Shown: positions 7,751-16,647 of the stretch, one piece after another
Position numbering within the stretch: position 1 is the stretch's first letter
Layout of the letters: every line of letters starts with the position of its first letter
Assembly (NCBI GenBank): GCA_946532885.1
Contig: CAMNBP010000001.1
Location: 1-42,362 of the forward strand
Source of the DNA: an uncultured Candidatus Saccharibacteria bacterium
GTDB lineage: Bacteria > Patescibacteriota > Saccharimonadia > Saccharimonadales > Saccharimonadaceae
Direction of reading: 5' to 3'
Length of the DNA: 42,362 bases
Translations under genes and position numbers: made by a program
Notes under the pieces: generated by a model
What the model was told of the DNA's origin: nothing
What the model saw: only the letters and a program-made list of their open reading frames with translations
The model's database searches: none

Positions 7751-8380
7751 TTATTTAGATAGTTGCAATTGCTCTATCAATTTGTCGTATTCTGCGAGAT
7801 TTTTTATTAAAATATCTTGTTCGATTTTTCCTTCGATTCTGGGTGAAACTGCTCCTATTATCTCCAGATTCAGCAATGTGGTTTGTGTATGTCCATACCC
7901 CCAGTCCAAACTCTTTTGAATCAATGGCGTTGTGCATCTTTTTCGTTTTAAGATAACTTCAATGGCCGAACGCATATCTTTAAGCTGGATGACGTTTAAC
8001 GCTATTTGTTTTTTGAAAATGTCACATAATTCTTTTTCGTTTTTGACTTTGATGAATCGCTTGTTTCCGACAACTGGAGTGATGACGCCGAGATTCTCGA
8101 GTTCATCAATTATTGAAGCTGCTCTGCCATATCCCATATGAAAGTGGCGTTGAAGTAGCTCAGTGGAGCAAACTCCATGTTTTACTAAAAGCTTAGCAGA
8201 ATCGTAAATTATGCGCTCTGGTTCATGGTGGTCGACTGGTGTAGAGACGTCTTTTGCGTATTCTTCGTATTGTTTTCTGAATTCGAATAATTCAAATAGA
8301 GATTCATATGGTATTTCTATGGACGCTTCTTTTCCATCTATATATGCTTTGAGTGATAAGTTTTTCCCGCTAGTGCTCAT
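7751..8380 (-). CDS. Stand-alone protein with two FtsK-gamma-like winged-helix domains
   Basis: AKLLVKHGVCSTELLQRHFHMGYGRAASIIDELENLGVITPVVGNKRFIKV matches the FtsK gamma consensus (..S.S.LQR...IGY.RAA.LI..LE..G....). A second, weaker copy is RCTTPLIQKSLDWGYGHTQTTLLNLEIIGAVSP. No ATPase motor. Confidence 0.7.
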   Translation of the reverse strand: MSTSGKNLSLKAYIDGKEASIEIPYESLFELFEFRKQYEEYAKDVSTPVDHHEPERIIYDSAKLLVKHGVCSTELLQRHFHMGYGRAASIIDELENLGVITPVVGNKRFIKVKNEKELCDIFKKQIALNVIQLKDMRSAIEVILKRKRCTTPLIQKSLDWGYGHTQTTLLNLEIIGAVSPRIEGKIEQDILIKNLAEYDKLIEQLQLSK

Positions 8381-8386
8381 GATAAG

Positions 8387-8395
8387 ATTATATCA
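8387..8395 (-). promoter_or_regulatory. Extended -10 promoter (TGATATAAT on the minus strand); predicted leaderless transcript
   Basis: Hexamer 8392-8387 with exactly 6 nt to ATG8380. Confidence 0.5.
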
Positions 8396-8421
8396 TTCCG
8401 TCTTTTGGCTGCCGTTTTTGC

Positions 8422-8427
8422 TATAAT
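8422..8427 (+). promoter_or_regulatory. -10 box (TATAAT) for the prepilin gene
   Basis: TATAAT abuts the first ATG (8428). The second ATG (8434) is exactly 6 nt downstream, suggesting a leaderless mRNA starting at MTKNVRKLG|F. Confidence 0.45.
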
Positions 8428-8982
8428 ATGCTTATGACTAAAAACGTTAGGAAGTTGGGTTTTACGATTATTGAGGTTGTCTTAGTTTTGGCAATTGCTG
8501 GCCTAATATTTTTAATGGTTTTTATAGCTTTGCCGGCCCTGCAGCGCGGACAACGTGATACGCAGCGCAAGAATGATGTCGACCGAATCATGACTGCAGT
8601 AATGTCATACGTGTCGAATAATAATAAACTGCCATTTGGCTATGAAAAGAATAGTTTAGATACAGATTTCGTGATTCATTATGTCGACGATAGCTGCGTC
8701 TATAAAAGTATGAGCTCGACGGCTTCCTTGCAGGATTATGTCTATACGAAATGCTCGGATCAATTTACGGCGCCAGACGGTACGATTTATCATGCGGCAG
8801 TGATTCCTGGTAATACGAATTATCGCAGTTACGATACGAAAGATCATCATCGCATTTATATGCAGGCTGGCGCCAAGTGTGGTTCGGCGGAGAATATGAC
8901 CATAAAAACTGGTCGTCCGAAGGATTTCTTGGTGGCGATTAAGCTCGAGGGTCGTTCGGTCTACTGCGTTGACAATAACTAA
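8428..8982 (+). CDS. Prepilin-type (type IV pilin / pseudopilin) protein
   Basis: The N-terminus KLG|FTIIEVVLVLAIAGLIFLMVF is the class III signal/methylation motif (G-F-T-x-x-E plus a hydrophobic helix). The true start may be 8434. Confidence 0.85.
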   Translation: MLMTKNVRKLGFTIIEVVLVLAIAGLIFLMVFIALPALQRGQRDTQRKNDVDRIMTAVMSYVSNNNKLPFGYEKNSLDTDFVIHYVDDSCVYKSMSSTASLQDYVYTKCSDQFTAPDGTIYHAAVIPGNTNYRSYDTKDHHRIYMQAGAKCGSAENMTIKTGRPKDFLVAIKLEGRSVYCVDNN

Positions 8983-8990
8983 TACGCAAT

Positions 8991-9017
8991 AGCCCACCTG
9001 TACGGTGGGGCTTTTTT
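8991..9017 (+). terminator. Intrinsic terminator after the prepilin gene
   Basis: CCCACC-TGTAC-GGTGGG stem-loop followed by TTTTTT (9012-9017). Confidence 0.65.
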
Positions 9018-9037
9018 CGACTATAATTGGCATAAGT

Positions 9038-9811
9038 ATGAAGAAGAATTCCGGCGCACGTCGGATTAAATATTATCAGAGCTTTGATCAAGATTTTGCG
9101 GAGTCGCACAATCAGGATTTTTGTTTGCCGGAAAATTATGACTGGATTGGTGGTTTCGGGCGTAAGTTCGGTGGCTTTTTGCTCTACCCCATTGTTTTGC
9201 TGATTGATTTGATTTATATGAAGTGCGTCGCGCATATTAGCGTGCGGAATCGTAAGGTTTTGCGCAAAACTAAGTCTGGTTATTTTGTTTATGCAAATCA
9301 TACTTTAACCTTTGGTGATGTAGTTGATCCATTTATGATTTGCTGGCCAAAACGACCGCATATTGTTTGCAGTGCAGCGAATTTAGGTATCGTAGCGATT
9401 GGAAGTTGGTTGCCTGCGGCTGGGGCTTTGCCTTTGCCGGAGGATTTGCGCGGCATGAAGAAGTTCGCTAATGCGATAGAAAAGCGCATTGAGCAGAAAC
9501 GGCCTGTCGTAATATATCCAGAGAGCCATATGTGGCCATATTTTACTGAAATTAGGCCTTTTACGCCTGGTAGCTTTCATTACCCGGCTGCGCTCGGGGC
9601 GCCGATTTATACTGCTACGACTACCTTCACTAAAAGCCGAATATTCAAGCGTCCAAAAATTAATATCTATGTCGACGGTCCATTTGCGGCTGACCATGAT
9701 TTGTCGCGCAAGGAACAGCAGAACCAACTGGCACAAAAAGCGCGCGAAGCTATGGAGCGACGCGCGCAGTCAAGTGATTATAGTTATATTACTTATCGCC
9801 AGAAGTCTTAG
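9038..9811 (+). CDS. Lysophospholipid/glycerol-phosphate acyltransferase family protein (PlsC-like)
   Basis: Hydrophobic N-terminal helix, YANHTLTFGD (NH..D box), VVIYPESHMW (PE box). I prefer ATG9038 because the track's 9005 start lies inside the upstream terminator. TATAAT at 9022-9027. Confidence 0.65.
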   Translation: MKKNSGARRIKYYQSFDQDFAESHNQDFCLPENYDWIGGFGRKFGGFLLYPIVLLIDLIYMKCVAHISVRNRKVLRKTKSGYFVYANHTLTFGDVVDPFMICWPKRPHIVCSAANLGIVAIGSWLPAAGALPLPEDLRGMKKFANAIEKRIEQKRPVVIYPESHMWPYFTEIRPFTPGSFHYPAALGAPIYTATTTFTKSRIFKRPKINIYVDGPFAADHDLSRKEQQNQLAQKAREAMERRAQSSDYSYITYRQKS

Positions 9812-10667
9812 AGTGCTGATAGCCGGCGATGTCTTTATAGCTAAACTTGTAGTTTAGTTTTTTGCCGTAGGCTGCCTCATAGGCGGCGACTTTGGCTTTG
9901 TAGTCTTGCTCGGCCATGATTTTGCTGTTTTCTTTGTGTGATTTTTCTGGGTCCGGATAAATTGGATCGAGCACGTGAACGGTATAATTAATGAGATTGA
10001 ATTGGTCATTATCTTTTTTGTCGGTGTCTTGCATTTCGACGAAGCAAGGAATAACTGGGGCGCCAACCTGTGAAGCGAATAGGAATGTGCCGCGTTTGCT
10101 TGGGCGTGGTTTTCGGTAGTTAAACCAGAGTTCTTCTTCTGGATAAATCAGCACGAAATCGCCCTTATCGATTTTGTCTTTTAGCTCCGGCATAAAATGT
10201 TTGATGATGTAGTTTGGGCTATTTTTTAGCGGTAGAATTGGCAAATTATTCATCAGATAGCCATTAATGCCGGCCATGGCAAGATTTGTCTCTTGGCTAA
10301 CAATCCATGGAAACTTATGGAATTTTTTTTGAATTACTTGGCGTGGAAAGATGCTATCGATTGGATTAAAATGATTAGATGTAATGATGGCGCCACCTTT
10401 GATACCGTCGAGTTTCTCGAGTCCGACGAATTTGGTACGAGATTTATGCATTAGAATGGCAATGTCATGCAGCAGATAAGCTGGTCGGCTGCGGAAGAAG
10501 AATTTGAGCTTCTTGGCGCGATCGGCATTATATTTGTCGATTGCTTGAATGGCGCCATCTTCGTCGAGCGATGGGTCGTCGAGTTCGGCTTTGTGGTTTA
10601 GGTCGCCGGCTGTGGCAAGTTTCTTGATGTTCTCAATAACTGCAGATTTGTCGCCACCAATAATCAT
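9789..10667 (-). CDS. 1-acyl-sn-glycerol-3-phosphate acyltransferase family protein (PlsC-like)
   Basis: ITSNHFNPIDS (NHxxxxD) and FVLIYPEEELW (PE box). Last gene of the minus-strand operon; its start overlaps the stop of the upstream GT8 gene. Confidence 0.75.
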   Translation of the reverse strand: MIIGGDKSAVIENIKKLATAGDLNHKAELDDPSLDEDGAIQAIDKYNADRAKKLKFFFRSRPAYLLHDIAILMHKSRTKFVGLEKLDGIKGGAIITSNHFNPIDSIFPRQVIQKKFHKFPWIVSQETNLAMAGINGYLMNNLPILPLKNSPNYIIKHFMPELKDKIDKGDFVLIYPEEELWFNYRKPRPSKRGTFLFASQVGAPVIPCFVEMQDTDKKDNDQFNLINYTVHVLDPIYPDPEKSHKENSKIMAEQDYKAKVAAYEAAYGKKLNYKFSYKDIAGYQHSKTSGDK

Positions 10668-11629
10668 TAACTTCTCCTCTCTTTGCCGCTGTCAAAAATT
10701 TTTTTGAAAGTTTTTTCACTAGCGAGTATTTCTTCGCAGCGATTAGACATTTGTTTTAGTCGTTCGTCGTCGGTTTTACGACCGTGACGGCCGAAATTAC
10801 GCTTTTCGCGGTTAATAGCGCGTGAAAAACTGGATTTTTTGGCATAATGCCAGAAATATTCACCATATTTAGTCTTATCGTAGTGCCATGGTTTGAAGAA
10901 TAGATTGTAATGCACGATGTATGGGTTCTTTTCGTCTGCTTCGGCGGTTGGCATCGTATTCCATTTCATATCTAGGTATTTAACGCGATCTTTTAACATG
11001 GCGTTAAGATAATCCTGATCTGGTGCAACGGTGTCAAAATCATAGAAGTTTAGCAGATAAAGGAAGTGTTCGCAGAACTCTTCTTCGCGGAGTTGCTTAA
11101 AATTCATGACGAGAATACCAGAGTTGAAATATTGCTTCGTACTGATGCCGATGGCGTCTTCGAAATAGCGTGCGAACAATGGATTACCAAAGGTGGACAT
11201 ATCTAAACATGCAGCCAATGGGTTGCCTTCGAGGTCAGTGTCGTATAGCTCGGCTACGTCGTGTAAAACAATGATGTCGCTATCGAGGTAAATTGCACGG
11301 TCGTATTGTGGGAACATTTCTGGCAAGAAGATGCGGAAATAGATGGTCGGCGTGAATTCGTCGGCTTTGAGACGGGTTTCTTTGCGATCAGAGATACCGC
11401 GCAAATTATTTTTCATTTTCGTGGTGATGATTTTGATGTTCTTCTTTCCGTCGCCTAAACGTTCGAGTTTGCGTCGTGAGTATAAGGTTAAGTTATGATA
11501 TACGATATTGATTTCGTACTGATACTTTTTTGAACTATGCTCAATCAGCGAGGCGATGGCCGTCGAAAGATATGGCGCATATTTTTCGTCAACGGAAAAA
11601 AATACTGGAATTACGGTTTGTTTGGTCAT
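10667..11629 (-). CDS. Glycosyltransferase family 8
   Basis: IPVFFSVDEKYAPYLSTAIASLIEHS, YLDSDIIVLHDVAELY (DxD), YFNSGILVMN. Confidence 0.85.
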   Translation of the reverse strand: MTKQTVIPVFFSVDEKYAPYLSTAIASLIEHSSKKYQYEINIVYHNLTLYSRRKLERLGDGKKNIKIITTKMKNNLRGISDRKETRLKADEFTPTIYFRIFLPEMFPQYDRAIYLDSDIIVLHDVAELYDTDLEGNPLAACLDMSTFGNPLFARYFEDAIGISTKQYFNSGILVMNFKQLREEEFCEHFLYLLNFYDFDTVAPDQDYLNAMLKDRVKYLDMKWNTMPTAEADEKNPYIVHYNLFFKPWHYDKTKYGEYFWHYAKKSSFSRAINREKRNFGRHGRKTDDERLKQMSNRCEEILASEKTFKKIFDSGKERRS

Positions 11630-12444
11630 TTTGTGATAGTTCGTTTAACTCTTTCGTATTCTTCGAGCACATCATCAAAAGCGTGGCACTTGAGGACCCT
11701 ATGGAGTTTTTCGACATCCCATGGTTTAATTTTTTGCGTATGGAAAACTGGCCAGAAGCGGAAGGTGGTCGAGAAGTGACGAAAAACAGTTTCGTCGGTT
11801 TCTTGCTTCTGCTCATTAAACTTACGATCGACAAGTTTTTTGCGTTTGGAATATATATTCAATGAAGTTTGGTCTGGCAATAACATCTTTACGTGGCGGA
11901 TGCGGCGGCGAGTTTTGCGAAGCAGGCCACTTTCGCGAATCAAGCGCATGTTCATGAGGAGGACGCCAGAGTTCATGTAGGTTTTTTCGAATAGGCTGGT
12001 ACGAATCCAGTGTTGGCCGTAATAATCAACGGCGCCCATAATTTCATATTCGGAGTTATCCATCTTGTAGAGCTCGTTTGGATCTTTGAGGGCTACTACG
12101 TCGGTGTCGAGGTAGAGAATCTTTTCTGGTAAACCTTCGACGAGATCGGCGTAGAGGCGAAGCAGACAATATGGCGAAAAAAGATTCTTAACGTTAGCAC
12201 TTGGCTTGTCCGATTCGAACTCGTCGGTAATATCAATGAGTTGAATCTTGTTTTTTGGGTTCTTCTGTTTGAGAATTTTGCCAAGTTCGTCAATTGAACG
12301 TTGTGGAATGTCCTTGTAGCCTCGCATTTTCATTGTAAACACGAAAATATTGAGCGGCTCACTGCTCTGTTTTGCTAAAGATAAGGTGGAGATAATTAAG
12401 CCATTGAGGACGTTTTTATCTCCGCAATATAATACATTAATCAC
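11626..12444 (-). CDS. Glycosyltransferase family 8 (second copy)
   Basis: INVLYCGDKNVLNGLIISTLS, LYLDTDVVALKD (DxD), YMNSGVLLMN. 4-nt ATGA overlap with the downstream GT8 gene. Confidence 0.8.
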   Translation of the reverse strand: MINVLYCGDKNVLNGLIISTLSLAKQSSEPLNIFVFTMKMRGYKDIPQRSIDELGKILKQKNPKNKIQLIDITDEFESDKPSANVKNLFSPYCLLRLYADLVEGLPEKILYLDTDVVALKDPNELYKMDNSEYEIMGAVDYYGQHWIRTSLFEKTYMNSGVLLMNMRLIRESGLLRKTRRRIRHVKMLLPDQTSLNIYSKRKKLVDRKFNEQKQETDETVFRHFSTTFRFWPVFHTQKIKPWDVEKLHRVLKCHAFDDVLEEYERVKRTITK

Positions 12445-12446
12445 GG

Positions 12447-12890
12447 CTATGTTTTATTATAGCAGACGGCAACATAAAAATCACCGTAGCGCCAGGCTTC
12501 AGCCTGTTTTAATGCTAATGTGTCTACATTTTGTAATCCGTAGGCTAAACCAGCACCGTTGGCTTTGACGAAACTTTCTTTGAGGACCCAGATTCGGGTA
12601 AAATCCTCAGCGTTTTTTATCGTCTTCAGTTCAGCCGGTGTGCAAATTTTACGGGCGACTCGCGGTCTGTAGCATATCTTCTGAATGTCGACGCCAATTT
12701 CCTGGTCAGAAACTGCACATACTAACTGTCCGTGACTATCGCTGAGATTGAAAAATAACTCTCCTGTTTTTAAGTATGGTTTGCCGTTTGGGCCATAAAT
12801 CAAAGTTGTGTCCTTGATATGCTCGCTGGCAAATACTTGCTTGAGGAGAGTATGAGAATCGATGTTTTTGGCGTAATAAAATCTAAGCAT
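12447..12890 (-). CDS. 4'-phosphopantetheinyl transferase (Sfp-type motifs, short form)
   Basis: GKPYL, FNLSDSHG, EIGVDIQ, WVLKESFVKANGAGL. I chose start ATG12890 (MLRFYY..), which overlaps the ACP stop (ATGCTTAG). The track's longer start runs into the ACP gene. Confidence 0.8.
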   Translation of the reverse strand: MLRFYYAKNIDSHTLLKQVFASEHIKDTTLIYGPNGKPYLKTGELFFNLSDSHGQLVCAVSDQEIGVDIQKICYRPRVARKICTPAELKTIKNAEDFTRIWVLKESFVKANGAGLAYGLQNVDTLALKQAEAWRYGDFYVAVCYNKT

Positions 12891-13113
12891 TCTGATGAGT
12901 TTCGGCGTATTCGATAATGTCGCCGACAGTCTGGAGATTCTTGATGTCTTTATCTGGAATTTCGATGCCGAACTGTTCTTCGAAGGCCGCAACAAGATCT
13001 ACGAGGTCGAGTGATTCGACTTCGAGGTCTTTGACGAGATTGGTTTTTTCGCTAATCTTCTTTGCGTCGACGTCGAGCGTCTCTGCGATTAGTTTAATGA
13101 CCTTATCCTTCAT
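12883..13113 (-). CDS. Acyl carrier protein
   Basis: 76 aa, acidic, LVKDLEVESLDLVDLVAAFEEQFGIEIP with the Ser attachment motif (E-S-L-D). Confidence 0.8.
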   Translation of the reverse strand: MKDKVIKLIAETLDVDAKKISEKTNLVKDLEVESLDLVDLVAAFEEQFGIEIPDKDIKNLQTVGDIIEYAETHQNA

Positions 13114-14683
13114 AGTTATCTTCCTCTATTAGTTTTGTTCGCACGACTTTTCCGTTATTATTACGCGGAAAAGCGGTATCGCGTAGGTGAACCATCGCGA
13201 TTTGGCGATTTTTCGCTTTGTTTTGGTTATACTTGTAGATTATATCATCAAAATAGTCTTGGTCGCCAAGATAACCTTCATTTGGGAAGATTGAGGCAAT
13301 AATACGGTTGCCGTATTCGTATACTGCTACCTCTGCTACGCCTTTGTCCTTTTGGAGTTCGAGCTCGATTTCTTCTGGGCTAACATTTTCGCCATTGCTG
13401 AGGATAATGAGGTTCTTCTTGCGGCCAGTTATAAAGAGGAAGCCGTCTTCGTCGATATAGCCGAGGTCGCCAGTGAAGTAATAGCCGTTTCGCATGACCT
13501 CTTCGGTGGCCTTCTTGTCTTTGTAATACTCTTTCATGACTACATCGCCACCCACCGCAATCTCGCCGTCGATAATTCGTACTTCGACGTCGCGACAGAT
13601 TTGGCCAATACTGCCGTCGCGATAGTAATAATTGCGGTTGACTGATACGACTGGCGCACATTCGGTGATGCCATAACCATTTAAGATTTCGATGCCGATA
13701 TTGCGGAACCACTTAATATATTCGGTACCTAATGGTGCGCCACCACAGATAATATATTTGAGATTGCCGCCAAGTTGGCTATGGATCTGTTTGAATAGCT
13801 TTTCGCGCAAATCGATGTTGAGCTTCAGGAAACCCTTATTGAGATTGATGGCAAGTTTGAGTAGACGATCGTTCTTTTGGCGTCGAGCCTCGCGCCAGAT
13901 TTGTTTATAGATTGTCTCTACGACCATTGGTACGGCGAAAATTGTGCTAGGTTTGGATAACTGAAAATCATTTATTAGATGCTTGAAGCTGCTGCTAATA
14001 TAAGTGGTAACGCCGTAATAGAATGGGTTTAGGGATGATGTAACGAAGCCGAAGGCGTGATGATATGGCAAAAAACTGCAAGCGTCGCCTTCTGGATTAA
14101 ATAACGATGCGGCACCGTATAGGTTAGCGGCGATGCTGCGTTGCGACAAGACTACGGCCTTGCTATATCCGGTGGTGCCGGAAGTGAAAAATATCATAGC
14201 CGGTTTATAGTCGTCAATTTTCTTGACCTTCTTGTTTTTGCCGCCAGACTTGATGATCTCGTCAATTTCTTCAAATGAATAACAATCGCCGCTGAGTTTG
14301 CCGACTTCCTCGTTGTAGTTTTCGGAATAACAGATAGTCTTTACGTCGCATTGTTTAAGTTGTTTCTTGATCGTATCGATACTACCGTCTTTATCGATGG
14401 CTACGGCAATATTGCCGCTAATAGCAATTGCTAAAGCGTAAACAATCCAGGCATAAGAATTCTCACCGATTACAGCGATGTTGCGATCATGGTATTTATT
14501 AGCAAAATGCGCGCTAAGGGCCGTCACGTCGTCATAGACGGCCTTAAAGCTGCGGCGCTGGGTCTTGTCTCCCTGCTGCCACATGTACGCAATTTTGTTG
14601 GAATCTTTATGTAATTGGACTAGCTGTAGAAGGTTTTGAATCTTCGGTACGTCGTAATAGTCGTATCTGTCGTTAGATTTCAT
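13103..14683 (-). CDS. AMP-dependent synthetase/ligase, long-chain fatty-acid type (candidate acyl-ACP/acyl-CoA synthetase)
   Basis: FFTSGTTGYSKAVVLS (AMP-binding motif), GYGITE, YFTGDLGYIDEDGFLFITGRKKNLIILSNGENVSPEEIE. Confidence 0.85.
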   Translation of the reverse strand: MKSNDRYDYYDVPKIQNLLQLVQLHKDSNKIAYMWQQGDKTQRRSFKAVYDDVTALSAHFANKYHDRNIAVIGENSYAWIVYALAIAISGNIAVAIDKDGSIDTIKKQLKQCDVKTICYSENYNEEVGKLSGDCYSFEEIDEIIKSGGKNKKVKKIDDYKPAMIFFTSGTTGYSKAVVLSQRSIAANLYGAASLFNPEGDACSFLPYHHAFGFVTSSLNPFYYGVTTYISSSFKHLINDFQLSKPSTIFAVPMVVETIYKQIWREARRQKNDRLLKLAINLNKGFLKLNIDLREKLFKQIHSQLGGNLKYIICGGAPLGTEYIKWFRNIGIEILNGYGITECAPVVSVNRNYYYRDGSIGQICRDVEVRIIDGEIAVGGDVVMKEYYKDKKATEEVMRNGYYFTGDLGYIDEDGFLFITGRKKNLIILSNGENVSPEEIELELQKDKGVAEVAVYEYGNRIIASIFPNEGYLGDQDYFDDIIYKYNQNKAKNRQIAMVHLRDTAFPRNNNGKVVRTKLIEEDNYEG

Positions 14684-14687
14684 ATTC

Positions 14688-16523
14688 CTATTTTACAGTA
14701 TAGAATTCTTTTCCGTCAGTTGTGTAATAGTGATCTTCATCATCGTGGTGAATAACGATGTGATATACGTTGTTTCCGTCGCTCTGATAATTACCAGTGG
14801 CGCTGAAAATTTCTTTACCACTATTGTCAAAAACTATCACCTTGCCATCGTCTTCGTCGTAGGAAGGATTACAGACGAAACGATTGGTGTATTTGTTGTG
14901 ACTGACGGAGCCGCAGGTCTTATTTTCAAAGATAGTTTTGCCGTTCTTGTCTAGTAAGGTTGTGTTGTCGTCTTTATCCTGAGTGTAATAGTAGCCATCT
15001 TGAATCGCGTAGACGGAGCGAGCCTTCTTTGAAAGCTCCTTGCCGTCTTTATTGAGGAGGATGGTTTCGGTTTCGTAATCATCATTCATGCGCGAGAAGA
15101 TGGTGTTGCCGTAGTCATCAATGCCGCCAAAGCGGGAATATTTGCCTTCGCGGGACAATATTTGATTGCCGTCAAGGTCGTAAATAGTGACCTTATTGTC
15201 GTTGCTAACGGTGTATGTTTTGTATGCCTGATCGACGCCGCCATCGCAGTCCATGGTCTTTACCTTTGCGCCATCTACATAGATTTCGGCTTTGTCTTCA
15301 TCGCGGTCGTAGTGAATGTAGTGATCGGCGTCGAAAATCTCGTGTGTTGAAATGTCGACGTCGGTAACTTTGCCGTCTTTGCCAATCAAATATTCGCCAT
15401 CTTCCGTGTAGCAGGAGGCGTAGCCACCGTAAGGATTATCTATGCTTGCGTCTGGAGACGTGACATAGATGTAGCGACATAGTTTGCCTAAATCATGGAA
15501 TTTCCCGTTGATGTAAACTGCGGTGTTGGAGTTTTCGCGATAGTTTTCGGATTCTTCGCGGAAGGCGAAAATATCGCCTAGTTGATTAGCGTAGAAGTTA
15601 TCATACTTCTTGTCGCTATCTTCGATAGAGGTCGTCTTTTTGAGGTCGTAGATATTGTAAATACCGATGTAGCCCTTGCAGGTAACGGCGATATATACAC
15701 TACTGTAATCGGTTTCGCAGTCTTCTTCTTTGGCCTCGAAATCGTCGATTTTGTCGCCGTAAGCAGTGAAGACTTCTGCTTGACCATTTTCATGAAAAAC
15801 GACGACGATCGGGATGTAGTAGGAAGATTTGATTGTGTCGTCTTCGCCGATAACGGTAAGTTCTTTGCCTTTACCGGTAATTAGGAGATCTTTGGAGGAT
15901 TTTTCGCTAGCGATGCGATAGAGACCACCATAGAAATCAATGGAGCCAGTCTGCCAGTCGACGGTCATTTTGCCATCTTTGTTAATGATGCCGTATTTGC
16001 CATCAGTGTTGCGCACCATGGCGTGATCTGCCACCATGGTCGAATGATTTTCAATGTCGAATTCGGTTAATTGCTTGCCGTCTTTGCTGAAGAGGGCGAA
16101 TTTTTCCTGATCGCTATCTTTTGGCACGAAGATAGACTCGGACAACATAGCCTTTTCGCCTTTGTGTCCGGTGTTGCTGAGTAATGAGTAGATTAAGAAA
16201 CCAGCGCCGAATACGAGTGCAATACATGCGATGGCGAGAATTGGAATAAAGATTTTCTTGTTTAGGCCTTTCTTTTTGGCTGGTGCGGAAGCAGGAGCCT
16301 GATTGTCGAGAATGCCCTGTGGTGCTTGATTAATTACTGGCTGAGCTGGCGCTGATTGGGCCTCTGCTGGTGGCACTGGAGTTAGTGTTGGATCTGCTGG
16401 CGGCATTGGTGCCGGTTGAGGTGTTGGCTGCGACACTGGCTGTGGGGCCGGTTGTGGCATTGGTTGTGGCATTGGTTGTGGCTGCGGCGAAAAAGGCGCC
16501 TGCGGCATTTGATTTGGATCCAT
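14688..16523 (-). CDS. Type-II-anchored surface protein: P/Q-rich N-terminus, one TM, large ectodomain with repeated K(D/N)GK beta-repeat units (WG/KWG-repeat-like)
   Basis: PQPQPMPQPMPQPAPQPVSQPTPQPAP.., TM IFIPILAIACIALVFGAGFLIY, then recurring units such as GKYGIINKDGKMTV, LIGKDGKVTD, LLNKDGKELS, LLDKNGKTIF. SD AGGAGAAGGA upstream. Stop is 4 nt before the ligase start. Confidence 0.55.
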   Translation of the reverse strand: MDPNQMPQAPFSPQPQPMPQPMPQPAPQPVSQPTPQPAPMPPADPTLTPVPPAEAQSAPAQPVINQAPQGILDNQAPASAPAKKKGLNKKIFIPILAIACIALVFGAGFLIYSLLSNTGHKGEKAMLSESIFVPKDSDQEKFALFSKDGKQLTEFDIENHSTMVADHAMVRNTDGKYGIINKDGKMTVDWQTGSIDFYGGLYRIASEKSSKDLLITGKGKELTVIGEDDTIKSSYYIPIVVVFHENGQAEVFTAYGDKIDDFEAKEEDCETDYSSVYIAVTCKGYIGIYNIYDLKKTTSIEDSDKKYDNFYANQLGDIFAFREESENYRENSNTAVYINGKFHDLGKLCRYIYVTSPDASIDNPYGGYASCYTEDGEYLIGKDGKVTDVDISTHEIFDADHYIHYDRDEDKAEIYVDGAKVKTMDCDGGVDQAYKTYTVSNDNKVTIYDLDGNQILSREGKYSRFGGIDDYGNTIFSRMNDDYETETILLNKDGKELSKKARSVYAIQDGYYYTQDKDDNTTLLDKNGKTIFENKTCGSVSHNKYTNRFVCNPSYDEDDGKVIVFDNSGKEIFSATGNYQSDGNNVYHIVIHHDDEDHYYTTDGKEFYTVK

Positions 16524-16623
16524 TCCTTCTCCTGATATTTAACTCTAATTAATTTAATTTTACACGATTTTTCAGAAAAAGTTTATGTTAATTGGCTCTG
16601 CTCTGGATTTTTTCGGCAAAATG

Positions 16624-16632
16624 TGATATAAT
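16624..16632 (+). promoter_or_regulatory. Extended -10 promoter (TGATATAAT)
   Basis: 15 nt upstream of ATG16648. Confidence 0.45.
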
Positions 16633-16647
16633 AGAGTTATTGAGGTC

